DNA from: Desulfatiglandales bacterium
GTDB lineage: Bacteria; Desulfobacterota; DSM-4660; Desulfatiglandales; HGW-15
Direction: 5' to 3'
NCBI GenBank assembly: GCA_963667015.2
Contig: CAXXJJ010000004.1
Coordinates: 3,680,001-3,744,000 of the forward strand
Length of the DNA stretch: 64,000 nucleotides
Made by a program: the position numbers and the translations under genes. Of this stretch, positions 42,508-52,259 are shown piece after piece (within the stretch, counting starts at the first letter, position 1; each line of letters begins with the position of its first letter). The notes below the pieces were generated by a model that was not told the origin of the DNA, ran no database searches, and saw only the letters and a list, made by a program, of their open reading frames with translations.

Positions 42508-43244
42508 TACCTCCTGATTAGGGTTGTTATGTTATTTGCTCTGTCTCTCAATAATCTTCGCATATTTAGTAAGTTATTTTTGTCAGCCTTAATAGTATCA
42601 TACAAACGTTCCAGATGGTGAAAAATTTGATCATTGTCTGGCAGCGCTGAGATACTTCTTAATGTTTGTTCTGGGGGTACGTGAATTCCCGAAAGTATGT
42701 CACCCAAAATTCCATTTGGCCAATAATCCTCTTCATGATTGTTAAGTACTAAAATATTGGCAGGATTTAACACACGACTTTTCTCGAAGTCAATAGCATA
42801 CAGGTAAAAGACTGGAGGGGTTTCGATTTTATCGATAGAAGCGACAAAATTCCCCATATTTCTGTCGTAGTTTGATATTAAGATGTCGAATGCTATTATA
42901 CCGGGTATATCTTCTCGATTACTGATATGAGCATTAGTTAATATGTCTTCCACATCTTTTATTTTTATTTCTTTGCTGGCAAAATAATAAGAGTCATCCT
43001 GATAGGCAAGGCCGTAGTCAGGTACAGGGATGTTGATATGACGTGCCAGCAAATAAGCGGAATATTCAGCAATGACAAGATTAATATCAGGACCTTTCAA
43101 TATATATTTACTGCCATTTTCTGCGAGAGCTATTAATGGTCGAGTACTGTAGATTATTCCGCTTCTGTGAGGTTTTTTTAGTTCACCTTTTTCAGCAAGT
43201 TTAATTTTAGGGATGTCAAACTGAAGGCTTAATTGTTTAGGCAT
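42498..43244 (-). CDS. HipA-like Ser/Thr kinase
   Basis: STRP...YILKG...IAEY.AY.LA..INIPVP, FDILISNYDRNMGNF, AIDFE. Confidence 0.85.
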   Translation of the reverse strand: MPKQLSLQFDIPKIKLAEKGELKKPHRSGIIYSTRPLIALAENGSKYILKGPDINLVIAEYSAYLLARHINIPVPDYGLAYQDDSYYFASKEIKIKDVEDILTNAHISNREDIPGIIAFDILISNYDRNMGNFVASIDKIETPPVFYLYAIDFEKSRVLNPANILVLNNHEEDYWPNGILGDILSGIHVPPEQTLRSISALPDNDQIFHHLERLYDTIKADKNNLLNMRRLLRDRANNITTLIRRYWK

Positions 43245-43394
43245 GATCGATTCCTATTCAGGGATACATCTCTGAGTTTTCGATTTTATATATTCGATTA
43301 ATGGAATTTAATCTATGTGTTTCAAATTGTGCCTAAATATTTAAATACACTCAAATTCAGAAAAAGTGAAGTACAATCATTAATTAACAATTCT

Positions 43395-44697
43395 GGTTCA
43401 TCCGGTTAATGAGTACATAAAGTTGAAATAGAGGTGGAATAGGTTGATAATCCAATGGTAACCACACCAAAAGGAGAAATCAACCATGTCCACCTCATTA
43501 CTCTATCATGCCTTTGGAATCAAAGGAGTCAAGTATATTTCTACAAAATATAAAAATGGGGTTACTATATTTAACTCAGAAGTATCAAATTCCATTGAGT
43601 ATTGCCCTGAGTGTAAAAGTCATAAAACAAGCAGACAAAAGGGTGTAAAAATCAGGGATTTTAAAATGAACCCCATAGGTTCGAGGCCAACCTTTCTAAG
43701 GGTAAAGATATGGCGTCTTTATTGTGAAGACTGTCACTCTCTAAGATGGCCTAAACTCCCTTTTTCCGAGGGTAAAAAACGATATACAAGGCGTTTCGCA
43801 AAATTTGCTATTGATCTACTACACTGGATGACTGTCTCCGGAACAGCCAGCATTCTAAGTGTTGGTTGGGATCTGATTAAAGATATCCATAAGGAACACT
43901 TAAAACGCCGTTACAAAACACCACCATTGGAAAAATTAGAATACCTGGGCATTGATGAATTTAGTATTAGAAAAGGTCATAATTATATGAGTATCTTTGT
44001 TGATCTTAAATCAGGACGTATACTCCACGCCGTTGAAGGCCGATCAGGTGAAGATATAGAACCCTTTCTAAAACGCATAAAAAAAAGATCCCCTAAGCTA
44101 AAAGCCATTGCCATGGACATGAGTAAAAGCTATATCGCTGCAGTGCAGGAGCATTTGCCCCTTGTACCAATAGTTTTCGATCACTATCACATCTCTGCTT
44201 TAATGAACAATGCCATTGAGGATGTGAGGCGGGAGCAACAGGCAAAAATCGATCAAGAAGGAGCAAATCTCATAAAAGGCTCCCGCTTCCTTCTTTTGAA
44301 AAATTACGAAAACCTTTGTGATGAAAAGCAAGACCGCCTTAATAACTTGCTCCGGGTCAACGAACCTCTTTTCACTGCCCATACAATGAAAGAACAACTG
44401 AGACAATTTTGGGAAAAAGACACTTACATTGACGCAGCTTTGTTCCTGGATGCGTGGTGCACTGATGCTGAAAAATCAGGCATAAAACCTTTAGTAAAAG
44501 TATCCAAAACCCTTATGCAGCATAGCCATGGTTTATTGAACTACTTTTTCCATCGAATTACTTCCGCTCAAGTCGAAGGTATTAATAATAAAATAAAAAC
44601 CCTTAAAAGACAGGCCTATGGCTTTCGGGATATGGTATACTTTAAATTGAGATTGTATCATTTACACTCTCAGGCGTACTCATTAACCGGATGATCC
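43395..44697 (+). mobile_element. Complete ISL3-family insertion sequence (1303 bp)
   Basis: 22-bp TIRs GG(T/A)TCATCCGGTTAATGAGTAC; 8-bp target duplication ACAATTCT at 43387-43394 and 44698-44705. Confidence 0.96.
43486..44694 (+). CDS. ISL3-family transposase
   Basis: Zn finger CPEC/CEDC, GIDEFS.RKGHNY, AMDM, FDHYH, EGINNKIK..KRQAYGFRD. Confidence 0.97.
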   Translation: MSTSLLYHAFGIKGVKYISTKYKNGVTIFNSEVSNSIEYCPECKSHKTSRQKGVKIRDFKMNPIGSRPTFLRVKIWRLYCEDCHSLRWPKLPFSEGKKRYTRRFAKFAIDLLHWMTVSGTASILSVGWDLIKDIHKEHLKRRYKTPPLEKLEYLGIDEFSIRKGHNYMSIFVDLKSGRILHAVEGRSGEDIEPFLKRIKKRSPKLKAIAMDMSKSYIAAVQEHLPLVPIVFDHYHISALMNNAIEDVRREQQAKIDQEGANLIKGSRFLLLKNYENLCDEKQDRLNNLLRVNEPLFTAHTMKEQLRQFWEKDTYIDAALFLDAWCTDAEKSGIKPLVKVSKTLMQHSHGLLNYFFHRITSAQVEGINNKIKTLKRQAYGFRDMVYFKLRLYHLHSQAYSLTG

Positions 44698-44997
44698 ACA
44701 ATTCTTGCGTATTTAAAATAATGTATGAGAAAGGGACATCTCCTGTTAGCACTTATGGAAGTGTGGGTTGTGCCTCAAAATATCAATCGAAAAAATTAAT
44801 TATTATCTTTAATTCCAGCTGTTGGGTCGTGTTATCTTTTTCTCTTTTCCAATATCTATTTGATCAGAAAGCATGCTGGAGCTCAGATGTTTTTCTTTCA
44901 TTTTCATGTAAAAGTCACAGGTATTTTAAATCGTTACTGCAGATATGTACTGGAGGCAAAAAAAACCCGAGTGCTCGGACAACTCGGGGCCAAAGTA

Positions 44998-45361
44998 TGA
45001 AAATCCGGGGTCTGTGAAAATCCGGGGTCTGACCTTGACATTGGACAAATTCAGGGCTGTTCAGTAACAAGGATGAGTTTAACAAGATAATTGAAGTGGT
45101 AATAAAAAACGAGGAAAAATAATCAGAAGCCTGCTGCCCGACTTAAGATATTCATAAGCAGTATACAGAACGGGTTTACTGATATCAGGCCTGATCTTAA
45201 GGCATCGAATTCGAATCCTTTAAAAATGAGTCCGGGTCAAACAGTTTTACTTTTACATCTCAAAAATTGGTGATATGGGAATAATATTTACCGGGATAAT
45301 ATTGAGTAGATATTCAAGCTCTTAAACCTGCACACGAAGGTGCGTACAATATGAAAGAAAA
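44998..45361 (+). repeat. Linker repeat copy 3 (full length)
   Basis: Near-identical to 39587-39965. Confidence 0.95.
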
Positions 45362-45812
45362 AAAAGAAGAATTAAAAACGAAGAGTAAAAAAAAGCTTGA
45401 GGCAGATTTTAATCAACTGGTCTACTTATTTGAACAGACGCAGAACGCCATGCAGACACAGGCAGCAAGATCTGTTGATATTGCTTTGGTGGTACGTAAC
45501 TGGTTCTTCGGATGGTATATCATTGAGTATCAACAGCATGGCTCTGATAGAGCAGAATATGGAACCGGATTATTAAAAGCCTTATCAAAGGTTCTAAACA
45601 GAAAATTAGGTAAAGGCTTTTCAGTAGACAATCTTGAACTCATGCGAAAATTTTATCTGGAGTTTAAGGATAAGCAGCCGGAATCCTTTAATAATTATTT
45701 AGCCTTGGAGAAATCCGAGACAGTGTCTCGGATTTCCGGACTGATTTCCGAAACAATAAGCAACGGGTCAAGTCTCCTATTAGCTCATGAAAAGCTAGGG
45801 GTCAGACCTTAA
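45351..45812 (+). pseudogene. YhcG/DUF1016 N-terminal domain only (truncated)
   Basis: RNWFFGWYIIEYQQHGSDRAEYG...GFSVDNLELMRKFY; ends at GGGTCAAG/GGGGTCAGACC motifs. Confidence 0.8.
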
Positions 45813-45889
45813 TTCTTCATTGGCCAATGAAATAGGAATCGTAGTTGAATATTTCAATTAAGATGTTTTGAAAATTTAGGGTAGGAATC

Positions 45890-46915
45890 ATGAAATTAGA
45901 AAACAACCAGTCTGAAATCATCCTTTATAAAACCGACGACGGCAGGATAAAGGTAGATACTATCTTTCAGAATGAAACTATATGGCTGACACAGGCTCAG
46001 ATGAGCGACCTCTTTGATGTAAATGTGCCTGCAATATCCAAACATCTAAACAATATATTTGAAGAGGGGGAACTGCAAAGAGAAGTAACTATTTCCAAAA
46101 TGGAAACAGTTCAACAGGAAGGCAGCCGGCAGGTAACCCGGACCAGGGACTTCTATAACCTCGATGCCATAATTGCTGTGGGTTATCGGGTAAATTCAAA
46201 GCGTGCAACCCAGTTTAGGATATGGGCTACCAATATCCTTAAGGAATACATCATAAAAGGCTTTGCCATGGATGATGACCGGCTTAAAAAAGCTGATCGA
46301 TGGGACTACTTTGATGAATGGCTCGCTCGTATCCGGGACATCCGATCATCGGAGAAACGGTTTTATCAGAAAATCAGGGATATTTACGCTACTGCAATTG
46401 ATTATGATAAGAATTCCGAACAGGCACAGGATTTCTTTAAAAAGGTTCAAAACAAAATGTTATGGGCAGTTACCGGAAAAACCGCTGCAGAACTGATTGA
46501 AGCCCGGAGTGATTCCGGTGCTCCCAATATGGGGTTAACCTCCTAGCGCGGATCGATTGTGAGAAAACAGGATGTAGGTATAGCAAAAAATTATCTGAAT
46601 GCTGATGAGATAAAAGACCTGAATGAAATTGTGACCATGTATCTGGACTATGCTGAACGTCAGGCCAGGCAGAGAAAAACTGTTACCATGGAGCAATGGG
46701 CGGACAAGCTTGATGCATTTCTGGAATTTAGTGAACAGGAATTGCTTACTCATGCTGGAAAGGTCAAAGCGGAAGTTGCGAAAAAGATTGCAGAAGAGCG
46801 GTATTATGAGTTTGAAAAAAAGAGAAAGACATCTGAAGCCATTGCAGCAGATGAGGAAGACATTAAAGAGCTTGAAGAGTTTGAAAAAAGGATTTTAGAA
46901 AACAATAAAAAATAG
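45890..46915 (+). pseudogene. Second RhuM-family gene with an in-frame TAG at 46544-46546
   Basis: Two in-frame ORFs joined as MGLTS*RGSIVRKQDV, collinear with the RhuM at 39955. Confidence 0.88.
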
Positions 46916-47080
46916 GGGTCGTCCTTCAAAATATCAATTGCGCTATGTATGTGAAAAAACAATGGTTGAATAAGCAATAAAAATGAAAGGAAAAAATCAG
47001 AGGCCTTCTACCCGGTAGAAGAAATTCATAAGAAGTGTATAAAACGAGTTTACTGATATCAGATATGATCTAAAAGTATC
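46916..47080 (+). repeat. Linker repeat copy 4 (diverged)
   Basis: GGGGTC start; ATTCATAAG...GTTTACTGATATCAG...TGATCT shared with copies 2 and 3. Confidence 0.7.
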
Positions 47081-47377
47081 TTAGTTATCTTTTTTAAGAT
47101 AGGCAATCGTAGCTCCCCACCCGGACGAACCGGAATCAAGAGAAAAATCAGAAACAAGCGGATGTTTTTCAAGCAGAGAATGGACTATCCTTCTGAGCAC
47201 ACCCTTCCCCTTACCGTGGATAATGCGAACTTCGAAAATCTCTTTTTCAGCACAGGCATATATATATTCCTCAACCACATCCGCTGCATCCTTTGGTGAA
47301 AAGGTGTGAAGATCAATTACACCGTCGATCGGGATTTCGATTACTTCTTCATTCTCATAATCATCATATTCGTCCAT
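47081..47377 (-). CDS. Smr-domain protein
   Basis: IDLHTF, RIIHGKGKGVLR, GWGAT. Confidence 0.92.
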   Translation of the reverse strand: MDEYDDYENEEVIEIPIDGVIDLHTFSPKDAADVVEEYIYACAEKEIFEVRIIHGKGKGVLRRIVHSLLEKHPLVSDFSLDSGSSGWGATIAYLKKDN

Positions 47378-47514
47378 TGTTTATTGCCTGTTTTTGAAGC
47401 TGCTATTTCGAAGCCACAACGTATTAGCCCTTGCAACTCATAATAAAAAACTGTCAATTAATATAGTTTTCCCATATACTTTATAATATTCTTTATTTTA
47501 ATCAAATTTTAAAA

Positions 47515-48513
47515 ATGACAGCATCGAAATCTATACCGCCAATATTTCTGGTTCTTATTTTCATTTCACTGCCGGTTGTTGCACACAACAACTTCCTTCT
47601 GTTTCACTCATGCGCTGAAATGTTCAGTATTATCATAGCCTGCGGAATCTTCATGTTTACATGGAATTCCAGGGATTTAATGAACAACAACTATCTCCTG
47701 TTCACAGGAGTGGCTTATTTTTTTGTTGCTGTAATAGATCTACTTCATACCCTTTCCTACAGCGGAATGGGCATTTTCCCCGGTTATGATGCAGATTTGC
47801 CGACTCAATTATGGATCACTGCCAGGCTTATTCAAAGCCTGAGCCTTATCTTTGCGGCCTTTTTCTTCAGGAAGAGGTTAAATCCCTTTCTCTTAAAATG
47901 GATATTCATAGCAGTTACAGGTATTTTAATTGCTGCAATTTTTTCAGGCAACTTTCCATCCTGTTATATAGCGGGAAAGGGGCTGACTGCATTTAAAATT
48001 ACCATGGAATATATTATTTCCACATTTTTTCTTATTTCCGGAGTGCTTCTATTTTTTAATAAAAAGGAATTCGAAAAAGATGTGTACTATCTGATTATGG
48101 GATCTATTGGCCTTACAGTAGTATCGGAACTCTTTTTTACTTTTTATGTAGATGTCCATGATATTTCAAACCTGGCAGGTCATTTAATCAAGGTTATCGC
48201 ATTTTACCTCATATATAAGGCAATAATTGAAACCGGATTCAAGCGGCCCTATGATCTTCTGTTCAGGGATTTGAGCAGAAGAGAGGGAGAATTAAGGGAA
48301 GCTGTTTCCAATGTGAAAACCCTCACAGGTTTACTTCCGATTTGTGCATCATGCAAGAAGATCAGGGATGATAAGGGTTACTGGAAAATGATTGAATCAT
48401 ATATAAGTGAACATTCGGATGCGGAATTCACCCATGGCATTTGCCCTGATTGTGTAAAAAAACTTTATCCGCAACTGGATGAATATTATAACTCCGAAAA
48501 AGGCAAAGCCTGA
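47515..48513 (+). CDS. MASE3-type membrane protein with C-terminal Cys-rich domain
   Basis: LLFHS.AEMFS, IDLLHTLSY.GM, LPICASCKKIRDDKGYW...HGICPDC. Confidence 0.85.
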   Translation: MTASKSIPPIFLVLIFISLPVVAHNNFLLFHSCAEMFSIIIACGIFMFTWNSRDLMNNNYLLFTGVAYFFVAVIDLLHTLSYSGMGIFPGYDADLPTQLWITARLIQSLSLIFAAFFFRKRLNPFLLKWIFIAVTGILIAAIFSGNFPSCYIAGKGLTAFKITMEYIISTFFLISGVLLFFNKKEFEKDVYYLIMGSIGLTVVSELFFTFYVDVHDISNLAGHLIKVIAFYLIYKAIIETGFKRPYDLLFRDLSRREGELREAVSNVKTLTGLLPICASCKKIRDDKGYWKMIESYISEHSDAEFTHGICPDCVKKLYPQLDEYYNSEKGKA

Positions 48514-48542
48514 ATTAGACACATTTTAAAAAGGAACAAGCG

Positions 48543-49592
48543 TTGTTTGAACAGGGAGTAATAAGACCGCCAAGTGAGGCACAGAGCCTTCTTGTGAGAG
48601 TTACCAGAAACTGTCCGTGGAACAGGTATCATATATGTCCTGCCTACAAGGGTGAAAAATTTTCCCTCAGGAGCGTGGCGGAAATTAAAAATGATATAGA
48701 CATGATGGCTGATGCCTATGGTTCAGCCGGATATGAATCTGCATTTCTTCAGGATGCAGACAGCCTTATCATTCCGACAAACGACCTTGTTGAAATTTTA
48801 AAGCACATTAAAAAAACCTTTCCGGGCATAAAAAGAATAACCACCTATGCCAGGGCCAAATCAATGAAAAGAAAGAGGGTTGAAGAATTGATAGAGCTCA
48901 GGGAGGAAGGCCTTAACCGGATACACTCGGGAATGGAAAGCGGTTCACCGGAGGTATTAAAGCTGATTATGAAGGGTATTAAGCCGGAGGATGTTATCAC
49001 CGGTGGAAGCCGTGTTGTAGCGTCAGGAATATCCCTGTCGGAATATATTATGCCGGGAGTCGGCGGCAGAAAGTTTTCTAACGAGCACGCGGTTGAGACA
49101 GCAAGGATACTCAACATAGTAAAGCCCGACTACATAAGGGTAAGAACCTTTGCAGTTCATCCGATGTCGCCGATACAAAAGATGGTTAATGAGGGATCAT
49201 TCATACCTTTAACAGATGAAGAGGTCGTAAGGGAAATCCGGCTCCTGCTCGAAAACCTTGATGAAATTCCCGCGCATTTCAGATGCGGAGATTTTAGCCT
49301 TAATCTTCTTATGCAGGTGGATGGATACCTTGATAAAGATAAGGAAAAAATGATTGCAGAAATTGACCGGTACCTTGCCCTGCCGGAAAGACAGAAAAAG
49401 GCCTATTCGTTAATTCAGCGAACCTATCCTGGAATGCGTTCTCTTGATGTTTTGAATGATGAAAATCTCGTTAATGAAATTGAATTACAAATAGAAAAAC
49501 TGGAAAAAGGCGAAGAGGATGGATTCAACAGATATATAAGGAAGTTAATGACCTACCAGCTCCCTCAGCCGCAGAATGATGTGTGGGGATAA
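48543..49592 (+). CDS. Radical SAM family protein with altered motif (CPWNRYHIC)
   Basis: IRPPSEA.SLL.RVTRNCPWN, FLQDADSL, GMESG. Confidence 0.85.
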   Translation: MFEQGVIRPPSEAQSLLVRVTRNCPWNRYHICPAYKGEKFSLRSVAEIKNDIDMMADAYGSAGYESAFLQDADSLIIPTNDLVEILKHIKKTFPGIKRITTYARAKSMKRKRVEELIELREEGLNRIHSGMESGSPEVLKLIMKGIKPEDVITGGSRVVASGISLSEYIMPGVGGRKFSNEHAVETARILNIVKPDYIRVRTFAVHPMSPIQKMVNEGSFIPLTDEEVVREIRLLLENLDEIPAHFRCGDFSLNLLMQVDGYLDKDKEKMIAEIDRYLALPERQKKAYSLIQRTYPGMRSLDVLNDENLVNEIELQIEKLEKGEEDGFNRYIRKLMTYQLPQPQNDVWG

Positions 49593-49600
49593 ATTTAAAT

Positions 49601-49695
49601 AAACTACCTCACCCTAAGCAGCGGGGCATCAAGTAATGAAAATCTGTTTAATCGTCGCAAGCGACGAGGTATTATACCTTGCGCTTCGCAATAAA
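49601..49695. repeat. REP-like palindromic element
   Basis: GACGAGGTATTA(T/G)ACCTTGCGCTTCGCAATAAA also at 62433-62465. Confidence 0.8.
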
Positions 49696-49958
49696 AAAAT
49701 TCATATCGGGATATATAAGGTAAAATAGGGGGTATTTTTTCTAATTTGTTGACTAAATATTTGCTAACACATTAACATCCTACCTCAGTTGCTAACTCTA
49801 AAATAAATATTCTGGAAACAAGTCCAACTTAATACCGTTAAGTTGACATTTAATTGTGAGTTTAAATCCTACCTTTTGTATTATATTTAACAAAAAAAAT
49901 TCATTAATATTATCTAGATAAAGGAACTTTTTGGATTGTTGAGGCTTTCTAAACAACA

Positions 49959-50732
49959 TTACCATGATGGAACATATTCTTTTCCATCACATGAAATATA
50001 TAAATCTCCATACTCATTTTTAGGATATTCATAAAATGTATCTACGCCACAACTTACAATAAAAATAGGGTATTTATTTTTATAATAATATAAATACCCT
50101 CTATTCTCACGTCTTTCAAATTTTAAAAAAGTAGCATTCTTAAATAATTGCAAACTCCAACCAGGGATACCTTGCTCATATAAATTTTCTATGAAGGTAA
50201 ACGATCTAATCCCATAACTAATCATTTTATCAATATAAGTTTTTATCCAAATTTCGTTGAGCTTTTCTGTTTTTTTCAACACACAGTTAGCTTGCATCAA
50301 AACATTATACTTTGAACATTTTCCTATATTAAAAGCTATTTGATTAAGATGATAGTTTTTTTGGTTAGTTAATTGTTGATAGACCAAATTTTGAAAGGAT
50401 GGAATACTAACGTTTACCTGCGTTAATCCAGCTTTATAAAGCCGCTGGAAAAGCTCTACGTTTAGCAAACTACCATTTGTTACTAAAATCTTTTCAGGAA
50501 AGTCTATAGGTGAAAAATATTCATGTAAAGTTCTAAACATACATGGCTCACCCCCTGAAATAACAAGTCCTCCAAATGTCTGATCCCTGTCAATAATCTG
50601 ATTAATTTTTTTCTTAAATTCCATGGGAGTAATTAGATTTATATCTGGTGATGAAATACAACCTTCATGATGGCAGTAAATACAATTGTAGTTACAGATA
50701 TGAGTTGGTAAAATAAATCTAATTCTCCTCAC
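49959..50732 (-). CDS. Short MoaA/viperin-like radical SAM enzyme
   Basis: CNYNCIYCHHEG, ISGGEP, LVTNGSLL, GLTQVNVSI. Confidence 0.88.
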   Translation of the reverse strand: MRRIRFILPTHICNYNCIYCHHEGCISSPDINLITPMEFKKKINQIIDRDQTFGGLVISGGEPCMFRTLHEYFSPIDFPEKILVTNGSLLNVELFQRLYKAGLTQVNVSIPSFQNLVYQQLTNQKNYHLNQIAFNIGKCSKYNVLMQANCVLKKTEKLNEIWIKTYIDKMISYGIRSFTFIENLYEQGIPGWSLQLFKNATFLKFERRENRGYLYYYKNKYPIFIVSCGVDTFYEYPKNEYGDLYISCDGKEYVPSW

Positions 50733-51381
50733 TATAGTCCTCTTTTATTTCTTTTATAAATTGAACAGTAAATTTTTTCATGAAATCAATTCTCTGTGAT
50801 GCTATTTCTCTACTTTTCTTGAAATGCAACCAATCATATATTTTAAAAAGTTTGTCATAAAAATGTGTTAACGTTGATCTGCTAACTATCGAAGGATCAT
50901 AATTTTCAATGATCATAGGATCAAGTTCATCATACATCGGCACACCAAAATATCCTCCAAAAGTGAACGTGCGGCCAATTCCAATAGCCCCTATTGCATC
51001 AATCCTGTCTGCATCTTGGAGGATTTTCAACTCATGCACCGGTATATCAGTATCAATTATTTTCTCTAAAGATAGCGACTCATGGTGTTGAATGATCTGT
51101 ACAATCTGTTTGTCGTAAGGATGAGATAACTTTGATAAAATTTCTTGAGCGATAACTCTTGATTTCACTGGGTGGTCATTGTATCTTCGATCCGACATTG
51201 AAATGTCGTGGAGGAGAATTGCAGGAATGACAATAGAAGGATTTCCTCCATGAGTATTCATAATCTCTTTTGCAATTCCGATAACTCTTTTTATGTGCAA
51301 GTAATCGTGACCAGATGATTCATTCCCCATCTTTTTTTTTACAATAGACTCAATTTTTTTAGTTAAATCATCTTCTTTCAT
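50719..51381 (-). CDS. HD-domain phosphohydrolase (YedJ-like)
   Basis: GHDYLHIKRV, LLHDI, DADRIDAIGAIGIGRTF, HFYDKL. Confidence 0.92.
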   Translation of the reverse strand: MKEDDLTKKIESIVKKKMGNESSGHDYLHIKRVIGIAKEIMNTHGGNPSIVIPAILLHDISMSDRRYNDHPVKSRVIAQEILSKLSHPYDKQIVQIIQHHESLSLEKIIDTDIPVHELKILQDADRIDAIGAIGIGRTFTFGGYFGVPMYDELDPMIIENYDPSIVSRSTLTHFYDKLFKIYDWLHFKKSREIASQRIDFMKKFTVQFIKEIKEDYSEEN

Positions 51382-51431
51382 CTTATTTCCATATATTAGG
51401 TAAATTACCTATGAATATTTTATGTGAAAAT

Positions 51432-52259
51432 TTAATTTCTTTTTTTATTAAGCGCTTCTATTTTATCATCGTTCAATTCTAATAATGGGTGGATTTGTAT
51501 ACCATGTGCCATTAAATCTTCTTTTGCTTTTCCTTCCTCTCTGTAAAAAATTAAAATGGCGTTGGTTAGCTTTAGTTCATATCTTTCTTTTATAACATCA
51601 GCTGATACTTTAATCATACGGCCATTTGTTGTGCTGTCGTCAACGAAAATCACTTCGGAATTTTTTTGAGGAATAATACCCTCAACTTGAATTTCGTTTC
51701 TCTGAGATTTTATATAAGTCTCATCACTAATGACTACGAGTGGCTTTTTTAATTTTTTTGCAACTTCGTACGCTAAAGAAAAACTGCCAGTTCTGTGGCA
51801 ACAAATAGCACTACAATTCGATATTGATTTATATAGGTTATCGCTATACTTAGACTTGGATTTCAATGCGGTAAAAAAAAGATCTGCGAGATATTCTGCA
51901 AAACATGGATCTAACAGCTTTTTTCTTAGATTCACAAAGTTTCTAATTTTAGTCTTTCCTAGCTTACCAACAAGGTGTTCCCCAGGTTCTACTGAATCGA
52001 GAACGATTTCTTTTAATGTCGTCTCCACTTCAGTAAATTTATATTTTGGCAATTCCTGTTCTATTCCAATACATTCATAGTATCTTAATTTTGCCAAAAT
52101 ATCTGGCACTTGACTTCTCAATATTTCTATATCTCTACTATTAAAAAGTTTTTGAAGTTTAAGTGGCATAGGAAGGAATCTAGTTATGAGATTAAGGATT
52201 GTAGAAATTGCTAAGATTGTTAATATGATAAATGTTACATATTCGTTAACAGTACTCAA
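51432..52259 (-). CDS. Type I phosphoribosyltransferase-fold protein with N-terminal TM helix
   Basis: PRPP loop VIFVDDSTTNG; hydrophobic YVTFIILTILAISTILNLI; GGAGG RBS + TTG start. Confidence 0.85.
   Translation of the reverse strand: MSTVNEYVTFIILTILAISTILNLITRFLPMPLKLQKLFNSRDIEILRSQVPDILAKLRYYECIGIEQELPKYKFTEVETTLKEIVLDSVEPGEHLVGKLGKTKIRNFVNLRKKLLDPCFAEYLADLFFTALKSKSKYSDNLYKSISNCSAICCHRTGSFSLAYEVAKKLKKPLVVISDETYIKSQRNEIQVEGIIPQKNSEVIFVDDSTTNGRMIKVSADVIKERYELKLTNAILIFYREEGKAKEDLMAHGIQIHPLLELNDDKIEALNKKRN

Noticed and set aside
44691..45017. 108-aa ORF after ISL3
   Set aside because: Starts inside the IS end, ends in the linker repeat and has no recognisable motif
46544..46546. TAG as a pyrrolysine or readthrough codon
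   Set aside because: No pyl genes in the window; a simple nonsense change is more parsimonious
49959..50732. Calling the radical SAM gene moaA or viperin outright
   Set aside because: It lacks the MoaA C-terminal cluster motif and molybdopterin context, and viperin-specific motifs could not be confirmed by eye
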